In this document: positions 32,198 through 42,895 of the stretch, in pieces
How positions within the stretch are numbered: the stretch's first letter is position 1
How the letters are laid out: each line of letters begins with the position of its first letter
Assembly: GCA_951812955.1 (NCBI GenBank)
Contig: OX638340.1
Location: forward strand, 1,952,001 to 2,016,000
Origin: an uncultured Gemmatimonadota bacterium
GTDB taxonomy: Bacteria > JAAXHH01
Reading direction: 5' to 3'
DNA: 64,000 nucleotides
Position numbers and translations under genes: made by a program
Notes under the pieces: model-generated
The model's input: only the letters and a program-made list of their open reading frames with translations
Told to the model about the DNA's origin: nothing
Databases searched by the model: none

Positions 32198-33967
32198 CTA
32201 CATCCGCCTCGGTACTTCGATTCCGAGCAGGTCCAGCACCCGTTCCAATACGCGCAGCGTGACCTCGGAAAGGGCAAGCCACGAGTCGCGACGTTGGGCG
32301 TCTTCCTCATTCAGCATGTGGTGGACATGGTAGAACCGGTTGTAGGCCGTGGCCAGTTGAAAGGCATATTCGCACAGGTGGTTCGGCGCGCGGGTCTCGA
32401 AGGCCAGAGCGATCGTCCCGGGCAGCTCGGACAACTTGAGGTCCAGGTCGCGTTCCGATTCGCTTAAGGGGGCCAGGATCCTGCCCGGCTGGAGACCGCG
32501 CTCGGCAGCCCGCCGCAAGACCGACTTGATCCGCACCGCCGCGTAGAGGATGTAAGGACCGGTGCGGCCCTCGAAGGACGAGAACCTTTCCAGATCGAAT
32601 ACGTAGTCCTTCGTGCGGTGGTTCATCAGGTCGGCGTATTTCAGTGCGGCTACGCCCACGATGCGGGATATGTCCTCTTTTTCGTCCTCGGCGTACTCCC
32701 TGACCGATTCGATGGCTTCAACCCGCGCCCTCGCGTGGTCGGTCACCAGCGCGATCAGGTCCTTCAGCTTCATGATCCCGCCCTCGCGGGTCTTGAAGGG
32801 CTTGCCGTCCTTTCCGTTCATCGTCCCGAAGCCGTCGTGCTCCAGGCGCGTCGATTCCGGCGCTACGCCCGTCTTGTAGGAAGCCTTGAAGACCTGCTTG
32901 AAATGCTGTTGCTGCCGGTTGTCGACCACGTATAGAATGAGGTCCGGCGTGAACTGTTCCACGCGCTGTTCGATGGTCGCCAGGTCGGTCGTGCCGTAGA
33001 GGACCGCGCCATCGGTCTTTTCCAACATCAGCGGCGGGATCTCCTCCCGGTCGCCCGGCTCGCCGACTTCCACGATCAGGGCCCCCCGGCTTTCCAGGGC
33101 GTACCCTTCCTGCTTGAGGCGCGCGATCAGGCCGCGAACGCGGTCCTGGGTATCGCTCTCACCGAGCCACAGGTCGAACCGGATATTCAACTGCTCGTAG
33201 CTCTGCCGGAGATCATCGACGGACACATCCCGGAATTGCTGCCACAGTGCGCGGTAACCCGGTCGGCCGGCCTGGAGGTCCACGGTGGCCTGACGTGCCG
33301 ATTCGGCGAACTCCAGATCCGTTTTCTGCCGTTCGGCGGCTTTCGGATAGATCTCTTCCAGGTCGGCGATGTTCACCGGGGGATCATCGGGATAGTGCCC
33401 GGCAAAGTCGTGGTCGAAATACGGAAGGTCCGGCCGACTTTCTTCCAGCGCGGCGATGATGAGGCCCATCTGCAGCCCCCAGTCTCCCAGGTGCACGTCC
33501 CCGATCACCTCGTGGCCCACGAAACGGCAGATCCGAACGATGCTCTCGCCGATGATCGCGGCGCGGAGGTGACCCACGTGCAGTGGTTTGGCCACATTGG
33601 GGCCCCCGTAATCGACCATGATCCGCAGGGGACGCGCTACCGCTTCGCATCCGAGCCGATCGTCATCATGCACCTCCTGGACGTGGCGCGCGATGTATTC
33701 GTCGGTCAGTACGACATTGATGAACCCCGGTCCGGCCAGACTCAGATCCCGGACAACCTCGGGCGCCCTGATCGTATCGACCACGTTCTGTGCGATCTCG
33801 CGCGGGCTGGTCCGGTACCGTTTGGCCGCCGCGAGCGCCCCGTTGCACTGGTACTGGCACAGGTCCGGCCGGTCGGAAACCCGCACTTCGCCGTAGCTCC
33901 GATCATAGCCTGCCGATTCGAAGGCGTCCGCGAAGACGACCGTAAGTTTGTCCGCCAGTGATCCCAC
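32198..33967 (-). CDS. argS: Arginine--tRNA ligase
   Basis: Class I HIGH motif 'PLHVGHLRAAIIGESI', a KMSK-like region and a length of 589 aa. Confidence 0.9.
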   Translation of the reverse strand: MGSLADKLTVVFADAFESAGYDRSYGEVRVSDRPDLCQYQCNGALAAAKRYRTSPREIAQNVVDTIRAPEVVRDLSLAGPGFINVVLTDEYIARHVQEVHDDDRLGCEAVARPLRIMVDYGGPNVAKPLHVGHLRAAIIGESIVRICRFVGHEVIGDVHLGDWGLQMGLIIAALEESRPDLPYFDHDFAGHYPDDPPVNIADLEEIYPKAAERQKTDLEFAESARQATVDLQAGRPGYRALWQQFRDVSVDDLRQSYEQLNIRFDLWLGESDTQDRVRGLIARLKQEGYALESRGALIVEVGEPGDREEIPPLMLEKTDGAVLYGTTDLATIEQRVEQFTPDLILYVVDNRQQQHFKQVFKASYKTGVAPESTRLEHDGFGTMNGKDGKPFKTREGGIMKLKDLIALVTDHARARVEAIESVREYAEDEKEDISRIVGVAALKYADLMNHRTKDYVFDLERFSSFEGRTGPYILYAAVRIKSVLRRAAERGLQPGRILAPLSESERDLDLKLSELPGTIALAFETRAPNHLCEYAFQLATAYNRFYHVHHMLNEEDAQRRDSWLALSEVTLRVLERVLDLLGIEVPRRM

Positions 33968-33977
33968 GGTTTTCCCT

Positions 33978-34406
33978 TCAGGATGGATTGCCGTAAATGG
34001 TGACCACCAATTGCCGGGCGCCGCCGTGGTCGCGGTGTTCGCAGAGATAAATGCCCTGCCAGATGCCCAGGTTCAGCCGGCCGCCGGTGATCGGAATGGA
34101 CACGCTGCTTCCCATCATCGAAGCCTTGATGTGCGCGGGCATGTCGTCCGGCCCCTCCTCGTCATGGCGGTAATACGGCTGGTCCTCCGGAACGAGGACG
34201 TTCATGTGGCGCTCGAAATCACCCCTGACGTCCGGCGCCGCATTCTCGTTGATGGTCAGCGAAGCGGAGGTGTGGCAGATGAAGACATGGGCGATGCCGA
34301 CCTCGATACCTGCCAGTTCGCGAACCTGCCCGGTGATTTCATCCGTGACCAGGTGGAAACCCCGTGGCCTGGCAGAAAGCATAATCTGTTTCTGAATCCA
34401 CTGCAT
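33978..34406 (-). CDS. YjbQ/UPF0047-family protein (secondary thiamine-phosphate synthase-like)
   Basis: 'HIKASMMGSSVSIPITGGRLNLGIWQGIYLCEHR' matches the conserved YjbQ core. Length is 142 aa. Confidence 0.7.
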   Translation of the reverse strand: MQWIQKQIMLSARPRGFHLVTDEITGQVRELAGIEVGIAHVFICHTSASLTINENAAPDVRGDFERHMNVLVPEDQPYYRHDEEGPDDMPAHIKASMMGSSVSIPITGGRLNLGIWQGIYLCEHRDHGGARQLVVTIYGNPS

Positions 34407-36268
34407 CAGAGTACGTAACGCTTCAGGAAGCGCTCCACATCATCGTAGAAGGCGACGATCGTCTCCACCTTGCGCCAGCCATGCCCCTCCCCTTCGTACA
34501 ACCGGTAGATGTGGGGCACCCTGTTCTTTTGGAGGACTTCGACGATCGATTCGGCCTGGTCCGGCGGAACCACCTTGTCCTCGCTGCCCTGGAATATGGC
34601 GACCGGGTCTCGGATCCCGTCCGCGTGGAAGAGCGGTGACCAGGCCTGGTACCGGTCGCTGTGCTCTGGGAGTGTCCCCACCATCAGGTCCAGGTATTTT
34701 GCCTCGAATTTGTGGGTGTCCGTGGCCAGGCCGAAGAGATTGGTAACTCCGTACAGGCACAGGCCGGCCCGGAAAACACCGGGATGATGGGCGAGCACGT
34801 TCAGCACGGTAAATCCGCCCGCGCTGCCGCCCTTGATGACCATGCGCTCCGGATCGGCGAGTTCCCTTTCCACGAGGGCGTGCGCACCGCTGACGGCATC
34901 CTCCGTATCGTAATCCCCCCAGTGTTCGCGCAGCGCGGTCATGTATGAACGGCCATATCCCGTGCTGCCTCGGTAGTTTACGTAGAGGCAGGCGTAACCG
35001 CGGTTGGTGAAGAAGGGGATCTCGGCAGCGTAGTCGGCCCTGGACTGGCCGGTCGGCCCCCCGTGAATGCTGACGACGACCGGAGGTTTGCCCGAACCGG
35101 TGAACCGGCTGCTGGCGGGTGGATAGTAGAGTCCGTGCACCTCGCCGCCCCCCGGATTCGTCCAGGTGATTGATTCGGGAATGGACAGGTCCGCTTCGGG
35201 GATCATCTCCGACTGGCTGCGGCGATGCACGGTATGGTCGTTTTCATCCAGGGTCACCACGCGCTCGGGGACGGCGGACGACGAGGCGATATACGCCAGG
35301 GCATTCCGCGCAGGCGATACGGAGAGCTGCATCATCCAGGTGTATCCGGGAGACTCAAGCTGCGTTTTTCGGCCAGAGGCCAGGGAGACCTTCCACAACG
35401 ATGCGAATCCCCGTTCATGGCTGCGGAAGTACAGCGTATCGCTGTCCGGTCCCCAGCCGTAGACGCGTACGCCCTGAACCCAGGCGGGATCGGCCAGGGT
35501 GGTTCCCTCCACAGGCGCGCTCCGTTCCCCCGTTTCGAGGTCCAGCACGACCAGGCTGTCCCATTCTCCTTCCGTTATGACGTAGGACAAATACCGACCA
35601 TCCGGGGAATAGGCGGGTTGAAAGACCGGCGTATCCGTGTCTCCCGCGATCAGGCACTCGTCTGTCAGGTTTCTACGATCGGTATCGAGCCGGGCGGTCT
35701 TAAGTCTCGTCCCGTCCCAGGGCATCTGCGGCTGATCCCATTCGATCCACGCGATCCGTTCGCAGTCCGGGTGCCAGACAGGCTGCATGTAGAAATCTGC
35801 TCCGCGGACCAGGTTGACCGGCCAGCCGCTACCCCTGCTGTCGACCAGGGCGACGACGTCGACGGATTCGCAGGTATGGACGTAGATTACCCACTTTCCA
35901 TCCCGCGACACGGCCGGAGAAGCGGCCGCGCCGAAAGCGGGCGTAATCGAAGCGGCCGATCCCGGTGAGAGGGGCTGGCGGTACAGCCTGCCGTCCTTTT
36001 CGGCGAAAACGACGAAATCGTCCGCCACGGTGAAATCACCGCCCCCATATCCGACGCCGCCCCGGACAAGATGCCCGTCCGTCAGGTCGTAAGGCGCCTC
36101 GCTGCCCTTCCGGCAAACGAGCACGCCGGTATCCGATCGCTGTTCCATCCAGACCAGGCCGGAGCCGTCGCCGATCCACTGCACATCGTAGAGCGGCGTT
36201 CGGGCCCCCATGGTCTTTGCCGTGATGGCGCTCTTCCAGTATCCGTATGCGACGGGAATTCGATTCAT
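34406..36268 (-). CDS. S9-family serine peptidase (prolyl oligopeptidase/acylaminoacyl-peptidase type) with N-terminal beta-propeller
   Basis: The nucleophile elbow is 'IKGGSAGGFTV'. Downstream Asp/His contexts are 'FQGSEDKVV' and 'EGEGHGW'. The first 370 aa are propeller-like. Confidence 0.8.
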   Translation of the reverse strand: MNRIPVAYGYWKSAITAKTMGARTPLYDVQWIGDGSGLVWMEQRSDTGVLVCRKGSEAPYDLTDGHLVRGGVGYGGGDFTVADDFVVFAEKDGRLYRQPLSPGSAASITPAFGAAASPAVSRDGKWVIYVHTCESVDVVALVDSRGSGWPVNLVRGADFYMQPVWHPDCERIAWIEWDQPQMPWDGTRLKTARLDTDRRNLTDECLIAGDTDTPVFQPAYSPDGRYLSYVITEGEWDSLVVLDLETGERSAPVEGTTLADPAWVQGVRVYGWGPDSDTLYFRSHERGFASLWKVSLASGRKTQLESPGYTWMMQLSVSPARNALAYIASSSAVPERVVTLDENDHTVHRRSQSEMIPEADLSIPESITWTNPGGGEVHGLYYPPASSRFTGSGKPPVVVSIHGGPTGQSRADYAAEIPFFTNRGYACLYVNYRGSTGYGRSYMTALREHWGDYDTEDAVSGAHALVERELADPERMVIKGGSAGGFTVLNVLAHHPGVFRAGLCLYGVTNLFGLATDTHKFEAKYLDLMVGTLPEHSDRYQAWSPLFHADGIRDPVAIFQGSEDKVVPPDQAESIVEVLQKNRVPHIYRLYEGEGHGWRKVETIVAFYDDVERFLKRYVL

Positions 36269-36454
36269 TGCGAATCCGGATTCAACCTGTTTGTATGATT
36301 CGGCCGGGACCGTGTTTAGCGCTTGTCTTGACAGACTTCAAATTCTTTCTTGAATATACCGGCGAGCGGTACGAAAGCAACCGTTTATGCGCCGTCCATT
36401 CGTCCCGGTTTACTATCGAATTACGCCGTTCCGTTCCCAGCCCGCGGTCCACCC

Positions 36455-38194
36455 ATGCGCCTGTCCGAGTACCTTTTTCAAACATACCGCGAACCCCCGG
36501 GCGAAGCGGAACTGGTCAGTCATCAACTCCTGCTGCGCGCCGGACTCGTCCGGCAGGTGGCATCCGGCATCTTTGCCTACCTCCCCCTCGGCCAGCGGGT
36601 CAAACACCGTATCGAACGCATCGTCCGTGAAGAGATGGACGCCATTGGCGGGCAGGAGGTTACGCTCCCCGTAGTGCAACCCGCGGAACTGTGGCGCGAA
36701 AGCGGACGCTGGGACCGGATTGGCAGCGAAATGGCGCGGCTGAAGGACCGGAACGGCCGCGACCTCTGCCTCGCCATGACGCACGAGGAACTGGTTACGT
36801 CGCTGGTCCGCGACGTGATCCGAAGCTACCGGCAGTTGCCGTGCCTGCTGTACCAGGTTCAGACGAAGTTCAGGGACGAACCCCGACCACGGGGCGGACT
36901 GATTCGCGTGCGGGAGTTCACGATGAAGGACGGGTACTCGTTTCACGTGGACACCGCAGATCTGGACTTATGGTACGAGAAGGTATACCAGGCTTACACC
37001 AACATTTTTCAGCGTTGCGGCCTCGACGCGGTGGCCGTGCGAAGCGACCCGGGCATGATGAGCGGATCGGACGCCCACGAGTTTATTGAAATGTCGCCGT
37101 CGGGCGAAGACACGATCCTTTCCTGCGCATCCTGCGGTTACCGGGCCAACAGGCAGGTGGCCCTGTTCGGGAAAGACGAACCTGCTCCTGAAGAGCCGTT
37201 GCCTGTTGAGGAAATCCACACGCCGGACACCGCCACGATCGACGATCTCGCCCGTTACCTGGATGTCCCGAAGACGAAGACCGCCAAGGCGTTGTTCATG
37301 GTCGCAACAGTTACAGACGAAAAGGAAGCGGCGGTGGATCGGTTCTTGTTCGCCGTGCTCAGGGGCGATATGGAACTCAGCGAGACCAAGCTGGCCAATG
37401 CCGTCGGCGCGCTTCAACTCCGGCCGGCCACGCCGGAGGAGATCCGCGCCGCCGGGGCCGAACCCGGTTTCGGTTCTCCCCTCGGAATCGATCGATCCCG
37501 AACGCTCTTGATCGTCGACGACCTGATCCCGTCCTCATTCAACCTGGTCGCGGGCGCCAACCGGATAGACTATCACATGGCCAATGTGAATTACGGCAGG
37601 GACTACGAGGCCGATCTGGTCACGGATATCGCCGCGGCCGGTGACGGAAGCCCCTGTCCGGCCTGCGGCGGCGCCCTCCGGGCCGATCAGGGTATCGAAG
37701 TCGGAAACATCTTCAAGCTGGGAGACAAGTACAGCAAGGCCATGGACGCGGGCTACCTGGACCGGGAGAATGCCTCCCGGCCGATCGTCATGGGCTGTTA
37801 CGGCATCGGCATCGACCGACTCATGGCTTCGATCGTGGAGCGTCACCACGACGAAAACGGCATTTGCTGGCCCGCGAGCGTAGCGCCATTCCAGGTCTTC
37901 CTCGTCGATCTGTCCGGCGGCGACCCGCACATTTCGGAAGTTGCGGCGGCCGTTTACGACGATCTCGTCGCGGCGGGACTGGAAGTACTCTACGACGATC
38001 GGGACGACCGCGCAGGGGTGAAGTTCAACGACGCGGACCTGATGGGGATCCCGGTCAGGCTGACCGTGGGAGGGCGCGGCGTGAAAAAGGGCGTGGTGGA
38101 GCTCAAGGTACGGCGGACGGGGCAGATGAAGGACGTGCCGCTGGGGGGCGGACTGGCGGAAGAAGTAACAGAAACGCTGGCGTCCTGCACGTAA
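36455..38194 (+). CDS. proS: Proline--tRNA ligase (bacterial type with INS editing domain)
   Basis: The N-terminus is 'MRLSEYLFQTYREPPGEAELVSHQLLLRAGLVRQVASGIFAYLPLG'. Class II motifs are present, e.g. 'REFTMKDGYSFH'. Start was set at the Met matching the ProS N-terminus. Confidence 0.9.
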   Translation: MRLSEYLFQTYREPPGEAELVSHQLLLRAGLVRQVASGIFAYLPLGQRVKHRIERIVREEMDAIGGQEVTLPVVQPAELWRESGRWDRIGSEMARLKDRNGRDLCLAMTHEELVTSLVRDVIRSYRQLPCLLYQVQTKFRDEPRPRGGLIRVREFTMKDGYSFHVDTADLDLWYEKVYQAYTNIFQRCGLDAVAVRSDPGMMSGSDAHEFIEMSPSGEDTILSCASCGYRANRQVALFGKDEPAPEEPLPVEEIHTPDTATIDDLARYLDVPKTKTAKALFMVATVTDEKEAAVDRFLFAVLRGDMELSETKLANAVGALQLRPATPEEIRAAGAEPGFGSPLGIDRSRTLLIVDDLIPSSFNLVAGANRIDYHMANVNYGRDYEADLVTDIAAAGDGSPCPACGGALRADQGIEVGNIFKLGDKYSKAMDAGYLDRENASRPIVMGCYGIGIDRLMASIVERHHDENGICWPASVAPFQVFLVDLSGGDPHISEVAAAVYDDLVAAGLEVLYDDRDDRAGVKFNDADLMGIPVRLTVGGRGVKKGVVELKVRRTGQMKDVPLGGGLAEEVTETLASCT

Positions 38195-38221
38195 CCCGCC
38201 GGGTCATGTACCCTGTTTACG

Positions 38222-39085
38222 TCAAATAATGCGTACGCCAGCCTCTGCCGCGATACGCCGGACGTTGGCAACCGCCGTCGGGATCTTGTCCTCGGGCAGA
38301 TGTTCGACTAGCATGTAGCCGTCAGGATGGAGCGCTTCCCAGCGCCGCACGGCCGTGACGAGGTCGAGTTCGCCGGCGCCGGGGACTTCTTCGTTCATGT
38401 GAATGACGAAGCCGGGTTCCACGCTGATGTCCTTGATATGGGCGACGGTCGAGATCGGTCCCATGACGTCGAATATGCGGTTCAAGCGTTCTGCGCTGTT
38501 GTACACCTGTGCCAGGGACTGGAAGTGGTTCACGAAGTCCATGACCACGCGCAGCCGGTCGGACCCGACGGCGTCTACCACCTGCCGGTTGATTTCCGGG
38601 GACCCCATTATCGTGAGCGCGTGGGTCTCGACCACGACGTTCATCCCCTCCGCCTCCGCCTTGTCCGCGACACGGGACAGGGTGTCGATCAGCACCTCCA
38701 GGCGCCCGGGTTCGTGGTTCTCGGGCGCGGGGTCGTAGGAACCTCCGGGGTTCAGGCTGCCGGTCCGGATGAGCACGTTGTGCGCCCGGAGCGCGCTGCC
38801 CACTTCCAGGCCGCGGTGAATGATCCGTACGACCCGTTCCCGGACCGAAGCCTCCGGATCGAACAGGCATTCGCGGTACCCTACACCGAACTGGGCCAGT
38901 TCCAGACCCAGGTTACCGTAGAGATCGTTCACCCGGTAGCAATCCGATGTCGTCAACTCGTCCAGGATCTCGCCGGGACCGTGATAGCAGGCGGAAGTAA
39001 CCTCCAGATCCAGCGCTTTTCTCAATACCTCTTCCGTTACGGCCCGGGGATCTCCCGGTACGTAGCCCACGACACCCAGACGCAT
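38222..39085 (-). CDS. Sugar phosphate isomerase/epimerase (xylose-isomerase-like TIM barrel)
   Basis: A 287-aa protein with the acidic/His metal-site spacing of the AP_endonuc_2 fold ('VVETHAL', 'MDFVNHFQ', 'HIKD'). Confidence 0.55.
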   Translation of the reverse strand: MRLGVVGYVPGDPRAVTEEVLRKALDLEVTSACYHGPGEILDELTTSDCYRVNDLYGNLGLELAQFGVGYRECLFDPEASVRERVVRIIHRGLEVGSALRAHNVLIRTGSLNPGGSYDPAPENHEPGRLEVLIDTLSRVADKAEAEGMNVVVETHALTIMGSPEINRQVVDAVGSDRLRVVMDFVNHFQSLAQVYNSAERLNRIFDVMGPISTVAHIKDISVEPGFVIHMNEEVPGAGELDLVTAVRRWEALHPDGYMLVEHLPEDKIPTAVANVRRIAAEAGVRII

Positions 39086-39118
39086 GCGATATTCCTTTCT
39101 ATATCCGTTTGAAGTCGT

Positions 39119-39625
39119 TCAGTCCCCGATGACCACCAGCACGGCGTTTTTATCTACCGTATCCCCTTCGCCGATCCGGATCTCTTTGACGGTTCCACTC
39201 GCGTGGGCGCGCAATTCGTTCTCCATCTTCATGGCTTCGATGACGACCACGCCCTGGCCGCTCTCCACCGTATCGCCCTCGGCCGCGGCTATCGACACGA
39301 TGCGGCCTGGCATGGGCGCCTTGATCTGTTCCCCTCCTGCACGGCGCCGGGACTTGACCTGACCGCGCAACCTGGCCAGTTCTTCGTCTTCCACGGCGAC
39401 CGCGGACGACACGCCATTGACCGTGACCTCCCGTTGCTCGCCCTGGGTCGCCGCGACTGCCGTATATGACCTTCCATCGATAAGCAGGGAATACAACTGG
39501 TCCCCTTGAATCGAGGCCATGTCGATTTCCAGCTGCCTGCCGTCAATACGCAGCGCGACCCGTCCGTCCGCGTCGTCCAGGCTGACCGAATAGGTGGTTC
39601 CATGAATCGTGACGAGATAGCTCAA
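39119..39625 (-). CDS. accB: Biotin carboxyl carrier protein
   Basis: The C-terminal biotinyl domain carries 'VVVIEAMKMENEL'. Confidence 0.85.
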   Translation of the reverse strand: MSYLVTIHGTTYSVSLDDADGRVALRIDGRQLEIDMASIQGDQLYSLLIDGRSYTAVAATQGEQREVTVNGVSSAVAVEDEELARLRGQVKSRRRAGGEQIKAPMPGRIVSIAAAEGDTVESGQGVVVIEAMKMENELRAHASGTVKEIRIGEGDTVDKNAVLVVIGD

Positions 39626-39711
39626 TGCTACTCCTTACACCCGCGGCCAGCCAGCGCTGTGGACAGCGCGCTTCCATTCTTTGAATCTGGCAACCGGACA
39701 CGGAAAGACCG

Positions 39712-41226
39712 TCATCGTTCCCGTCTCATGGCGTCCCGACGTCCGGTCAGTTTCCACGGACTCTCCCCTGACCTGTCGGTTCCGTCCCCGCCGGCTCCGA
39801 TCGGCATCGCCCTTTTCGCCTCCCGGTGTTTCATGATCGCGGCGAAAGCCGCTGCGATATGACGCTCATCGGCCCCGGCATCCTCGTCCGGCCCCATGGT
39901 CTCGACGAAGGAAGTCGTATAATCGCCGGAAGTGAATCGGGGGTCCGCCAGGGCCCGGAGGTGAAACGGAATGGTGGTTTTGATACCGCCGATATCGTAC
40001 TCACCCAGGGCTCTTTTCATGCGGGCGATGGCCTCTTCCCGCTTCTCGGCCCACACGATCAGTTTGGCGATCATGGGATCGTAGTAGATCGGCACCTCGT
40101 AACCCGCGCAGAAACCGCTGTCCAGCCGGACCCCGGGCCCCCCGGGCTCGCCCAGGCGCGTAACCACGCCGACCGAGGGCATGAACTGCGCGTTGGGGTC
40201 CTCGGCGGAGATGCGGCATTCCAGGGCCGCACCGAGGAACTGCACGTCTTCCTGCTTGAAGGGCAGGGGCATGCCGGCGGCTATTTCTATCTGCCGCCTG
40301 ACCAGGTCCTGTCCGGTCCGCAGTTCCGTGACCGGGTGCTCGACCTGGAGACGGGTGTTCATCTCTAGAAAGTAGAACTGTCGGTCCCGGTCCACGATGA
40401 ACTCCACGGTACCGGCGTTGGTATACCCTACGGCCTCGGCGGCCCTGACCGCCGCCTCGCCCATGGCGTTTCTCATCGCATCGTCGAGTACGCAGGATGG
40501 GGACTCCTCTATGAGTTTCTGATGGCGGCGCTGTATCGAACATTCCCGTTCGCCGAGATGCACCACGTGACCGTGTTGGTCGGCGAGCACCTGGAACTCC
40601 ACGTGACGGGGCTCCACCACAAATTTCTCAAGGTAGACCGTGGCATCGCCGAAGGCGGACTGGGCCTCGGAGCGCGCGGTACGCAGGGCGGCTGCCAGAT
40701 CGTCCGGAGCATCCACGACGCGCATGCCCTTGCCGCCACCGCCCATGGCCGCCTTGACGAGGACCGGGTAGCCGATGGATTCGGCCACGCCGATGGCGTC
40801 CCCGTCGTTTTCGATCCCTTCTTCGGTTCCCGGTACGACCGGCACGCCGGCCCGGCTCATGGTCTTCCGTGCCGCGGTCTTGCTTCCCATGGTCCGCATG
40901 GCCTCGCCGGAAGGACCGATGAACGCTATGCCCGCCTCGGCACAGCGATCGGCGAATTCCCCGTTTTCGGAAAGAAACCCGTATCCCGGGTGTATCGCGT
41001 CGGCTCCGGCCTTTTCGGCCGTTTCGATGATCCGGTCCATGCGGAGGTAACTGTCCGAGGAAGGTGCGTCTCCAATGCAATATGCCTCGTCGGCAAACTG
41101 GACATGGAGGGCCGTACGGTCCGCTTCCGAGAACACGGCCGTCGCTTCAATACCCATCTCCCGGCAGGTGCGGATCACCCGTACGGCGATCTCACCGCGA
41201 TTGGCGATCAGGATTTTCCGAAACAT
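39712..41226 (-). CDS. accC: Biotin carboxylase subunit of acetyl/propionyl-CoA carboxylase
   Basis: It begins 'MFRKILIANRGEIAVRVIRTCREMGI' and has the ATP-grasp motifs 'GGGGKGMRVV' and 'EMNTRLQVEHPVTE'. Confidence 0.9.
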   Translation of the reverse strand: MFRKILIANRGEIAVRVIRTCREMGIEATAVFSEADRTALHVQFADEAYCIGDAPSSDSYLRMDRIIETAEKAGADAIHPGYGFLSENGEFADRCAEAGIAFIGPSGEAMRTMGSKTAARKTMSRAGVPVVPGTEEGIENDGDAIGVAESIGYPVLVKAAMGGGGKGMRVVDAPDDLAAALRTARSEAQSAFGDATVYLEKFVVEPRHVEFQVLADQHGHVVHLGERECSIQRRHQKLIEESPSCVLDDAMRNAMGEAAVRAAEAVGYTNAGTVEFIVDRDRQFYFLEMNTRLQVEHPVTELRTGQDLVRRQIEIAAGMPLPFKQEDVQFLGAALECRISAEDPNAQFMPSVGVVTRLGEPGGPGVRLDSGFCAGYEVPIYYDPMIAKLIVWAEKREEAIARMKRALGEYDIGGIKTTIPFHLRALADPRFTSGDYTTSFVETMGPDEDAGADERHIAAAFAAIMKHREAKRAMPIGAGGDGTDRSGESPWKLTGRRDAMRRER

Positions 41227-41234
41227 GTATCCTC

Positions 41235-42785
41235 TTACAGTGGAATGTTCCCGTGTTTCTTGGGTGGATTCGTATCTCGCTTGTTTTTCAGCATCTCCAG
41301 CGCGGAAATGATGCGGGGACGGGTCTCCTGGGGCTGAATCACTTCGTCGATGTATCCTATTTTCGCCGCGATGTAGGGATTGTCGAACTTCTCCCTGAAT
41401 TCGTCGGTCAGCGATTCCCGCAGGGCGTCGGGATCATCCGCCTCGGCAAGCTCCCTTCGGTATAGGACGTTCACCGAGGCTTCCGGACCCATGACGGCAA
41501 ACTGTCCGGATGGCCATGCGTAGTTGATGTCGGCGCGTATATGCTTGCTGTTCATCACGCAGTAGGCCCCGCCGTACGCCTTGCGCGTGACGACGGTGAT
41601 TCGTGGCACCGTGCTCTCGCAGAACGCGTAGAGCAGTTTTGCGCCTTCCTTGATGATGCCGCCGTGTTCCTGGCCGACGCCGGGGAGAAACCCGGGAACG
41701 TCTTCGAAAACGACCAGCGGAATATTAAAGGCGTCGCAAAAGCGCACGAACCGCGCGCCTTTGATCGACGCGTCGATGTCCAGCACCCCTGCGAGGGAAG
41801 CGGGCTGATTTGCGACGATGCCGGCGGTCCGGCCATTGAACCTGGCAAACCCCACGACGATATTGTCGGCGAATGCTCCATGCACTTCGAAGAAATCGCC
41901 GTGGTCCACCACTCGGTGGATCACGTCCTTGATGTCGTAGGGTTTGTTGGCGTCATCGGGTACGATGCCGGCGAGTTCCTCGTCCATGCGGTCCGGGTCG
42001 TCCGCAGGGCTCAGGCGAAGCGAGTCCTCCATGTTGTTTGAGGGCAGGTACGCCATGAGCTCCTTCACCATGGTCAGGCACGCGGGCTCGTCGGACGCGG
42101 AAAAGTGGGCGACGCCCGTCACGGAATTGTGAACGTGCGCACCGCCCAACTCGTCGAACGTCACCTCTTCGTGGGTCACCGCGCGGATGACGTCCGGACC
42201 GGTGATGAACATGTAACTGGTATCTTCCACCATGAAGACGAAGTCGGTCATCGCCGGCGAATAGACCGCGCCGCCCGCACAGGGTCCCATGATCACCGAA
42301 ATCTGCGGGATCACGCCGGAAGCCAGCACGTTGCGCAGGAAGATATCGGCATAGCCCGCGAGGCTGACCACCCCTTCCTGGATACGCGCGCCGCCGGAAT
42401 CCTTCAGACTGATCACCGGCGCCCCGTTCTTCATCGCCAGATCCATGAGCTTGCAGATCTTCTCCCCGTAGGCCTGGCCCAGCGAACCGCCGAACACCGT
42501 GAAGTCTTCCGACACGACGTAGACGGTCCGTCCGTCGATCGTCCCGTAGCCCGTGATCACGCCGTCGCCCAGGATTTCCTTGCCCTCCATGCCGAAATCA
42601 CGGCAGTCGTGCGTCACGAGGGCGCCGATCTCCTCGAAGCTGCCTTCGTCCAGGAGAAAGGCCACCCGTTCCCTGGCGGTCCATTTCCCCGCCTCGTGCT
42701 GCCGGGCGATGCGCTTCTGGCCGCCGCCTTCGGCCGCCTTTTTCCGTAGCGCGTCCAGGTGTTTCATTTTTTCGGACATGGACAT
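41235..42785 (-). CDS. Acyl-CoA carboxylase carboxyltransferase subunit (propionyl-CoA carboxylase beta / methylmalonyl-CoA carboxyltransferase family)
   Basis: The N-terminus is 'MSEKMKHLDALRKKAAEGGGQKRIARQHEAGKWTARERV'. Duplicated crotonase-like CT halves are present. Start was trimmed from the ORF-track 43007 to the Met at 42785. Confidence 0.8.
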   Translation of the reverse strand: MSMSEKMKHLDALRKKAAEGGGQKRIARQHEAGKWTARERVAFLLDEGSFEEIGALVTHDCRDFGMEGKEILGDGVITGYGTIDGRTVYVVSEDFTVFGGSLGQAYGEKICKLMDLAMKNGAPVISLKDSGGARIQEGVVSLAGYADIFLRNVLASGVIPQISVIMGPCAGGAVYSPAMTDFVFMVEDTSYMFITGPDVIRAVTHEEVTFDELGGAHVHNSVTGVAHFSASDEPACLTMVKELMAYLPSNNMEDSLRLSPADDPDRMDEELAGIVPDDANKPYDIKDVIHRVVDHGDFFEVHGAFADNIVVGFARFNGRTAGIVANQPASLAGVLDIDASIKGARFVRFCDAFNIPLVVFEDVPGFLPGVGQEHGGIIKEGAKLLYAFCESTVPRITVVTRKAYGGAYCVMNSKHIRADINYAWPSGQFAVMGPEASVNVLYRRELAEADDPDALRESLTDEFREKFDNPYIAAKIGYIDEVIQPQETRPRIISALEMLKNKRDTNPPKKHGNIPL

Positions 42786-42895
42786 GGAATGCGATGCTCC
42801 TGCCGGGCGTGCGATTCTCCTACCGGGCACGTGCATTCGAATCACGGGGAACGCCAGCGCCTGGCCCGACTTATGCTTTTCTACGTCGTATACCA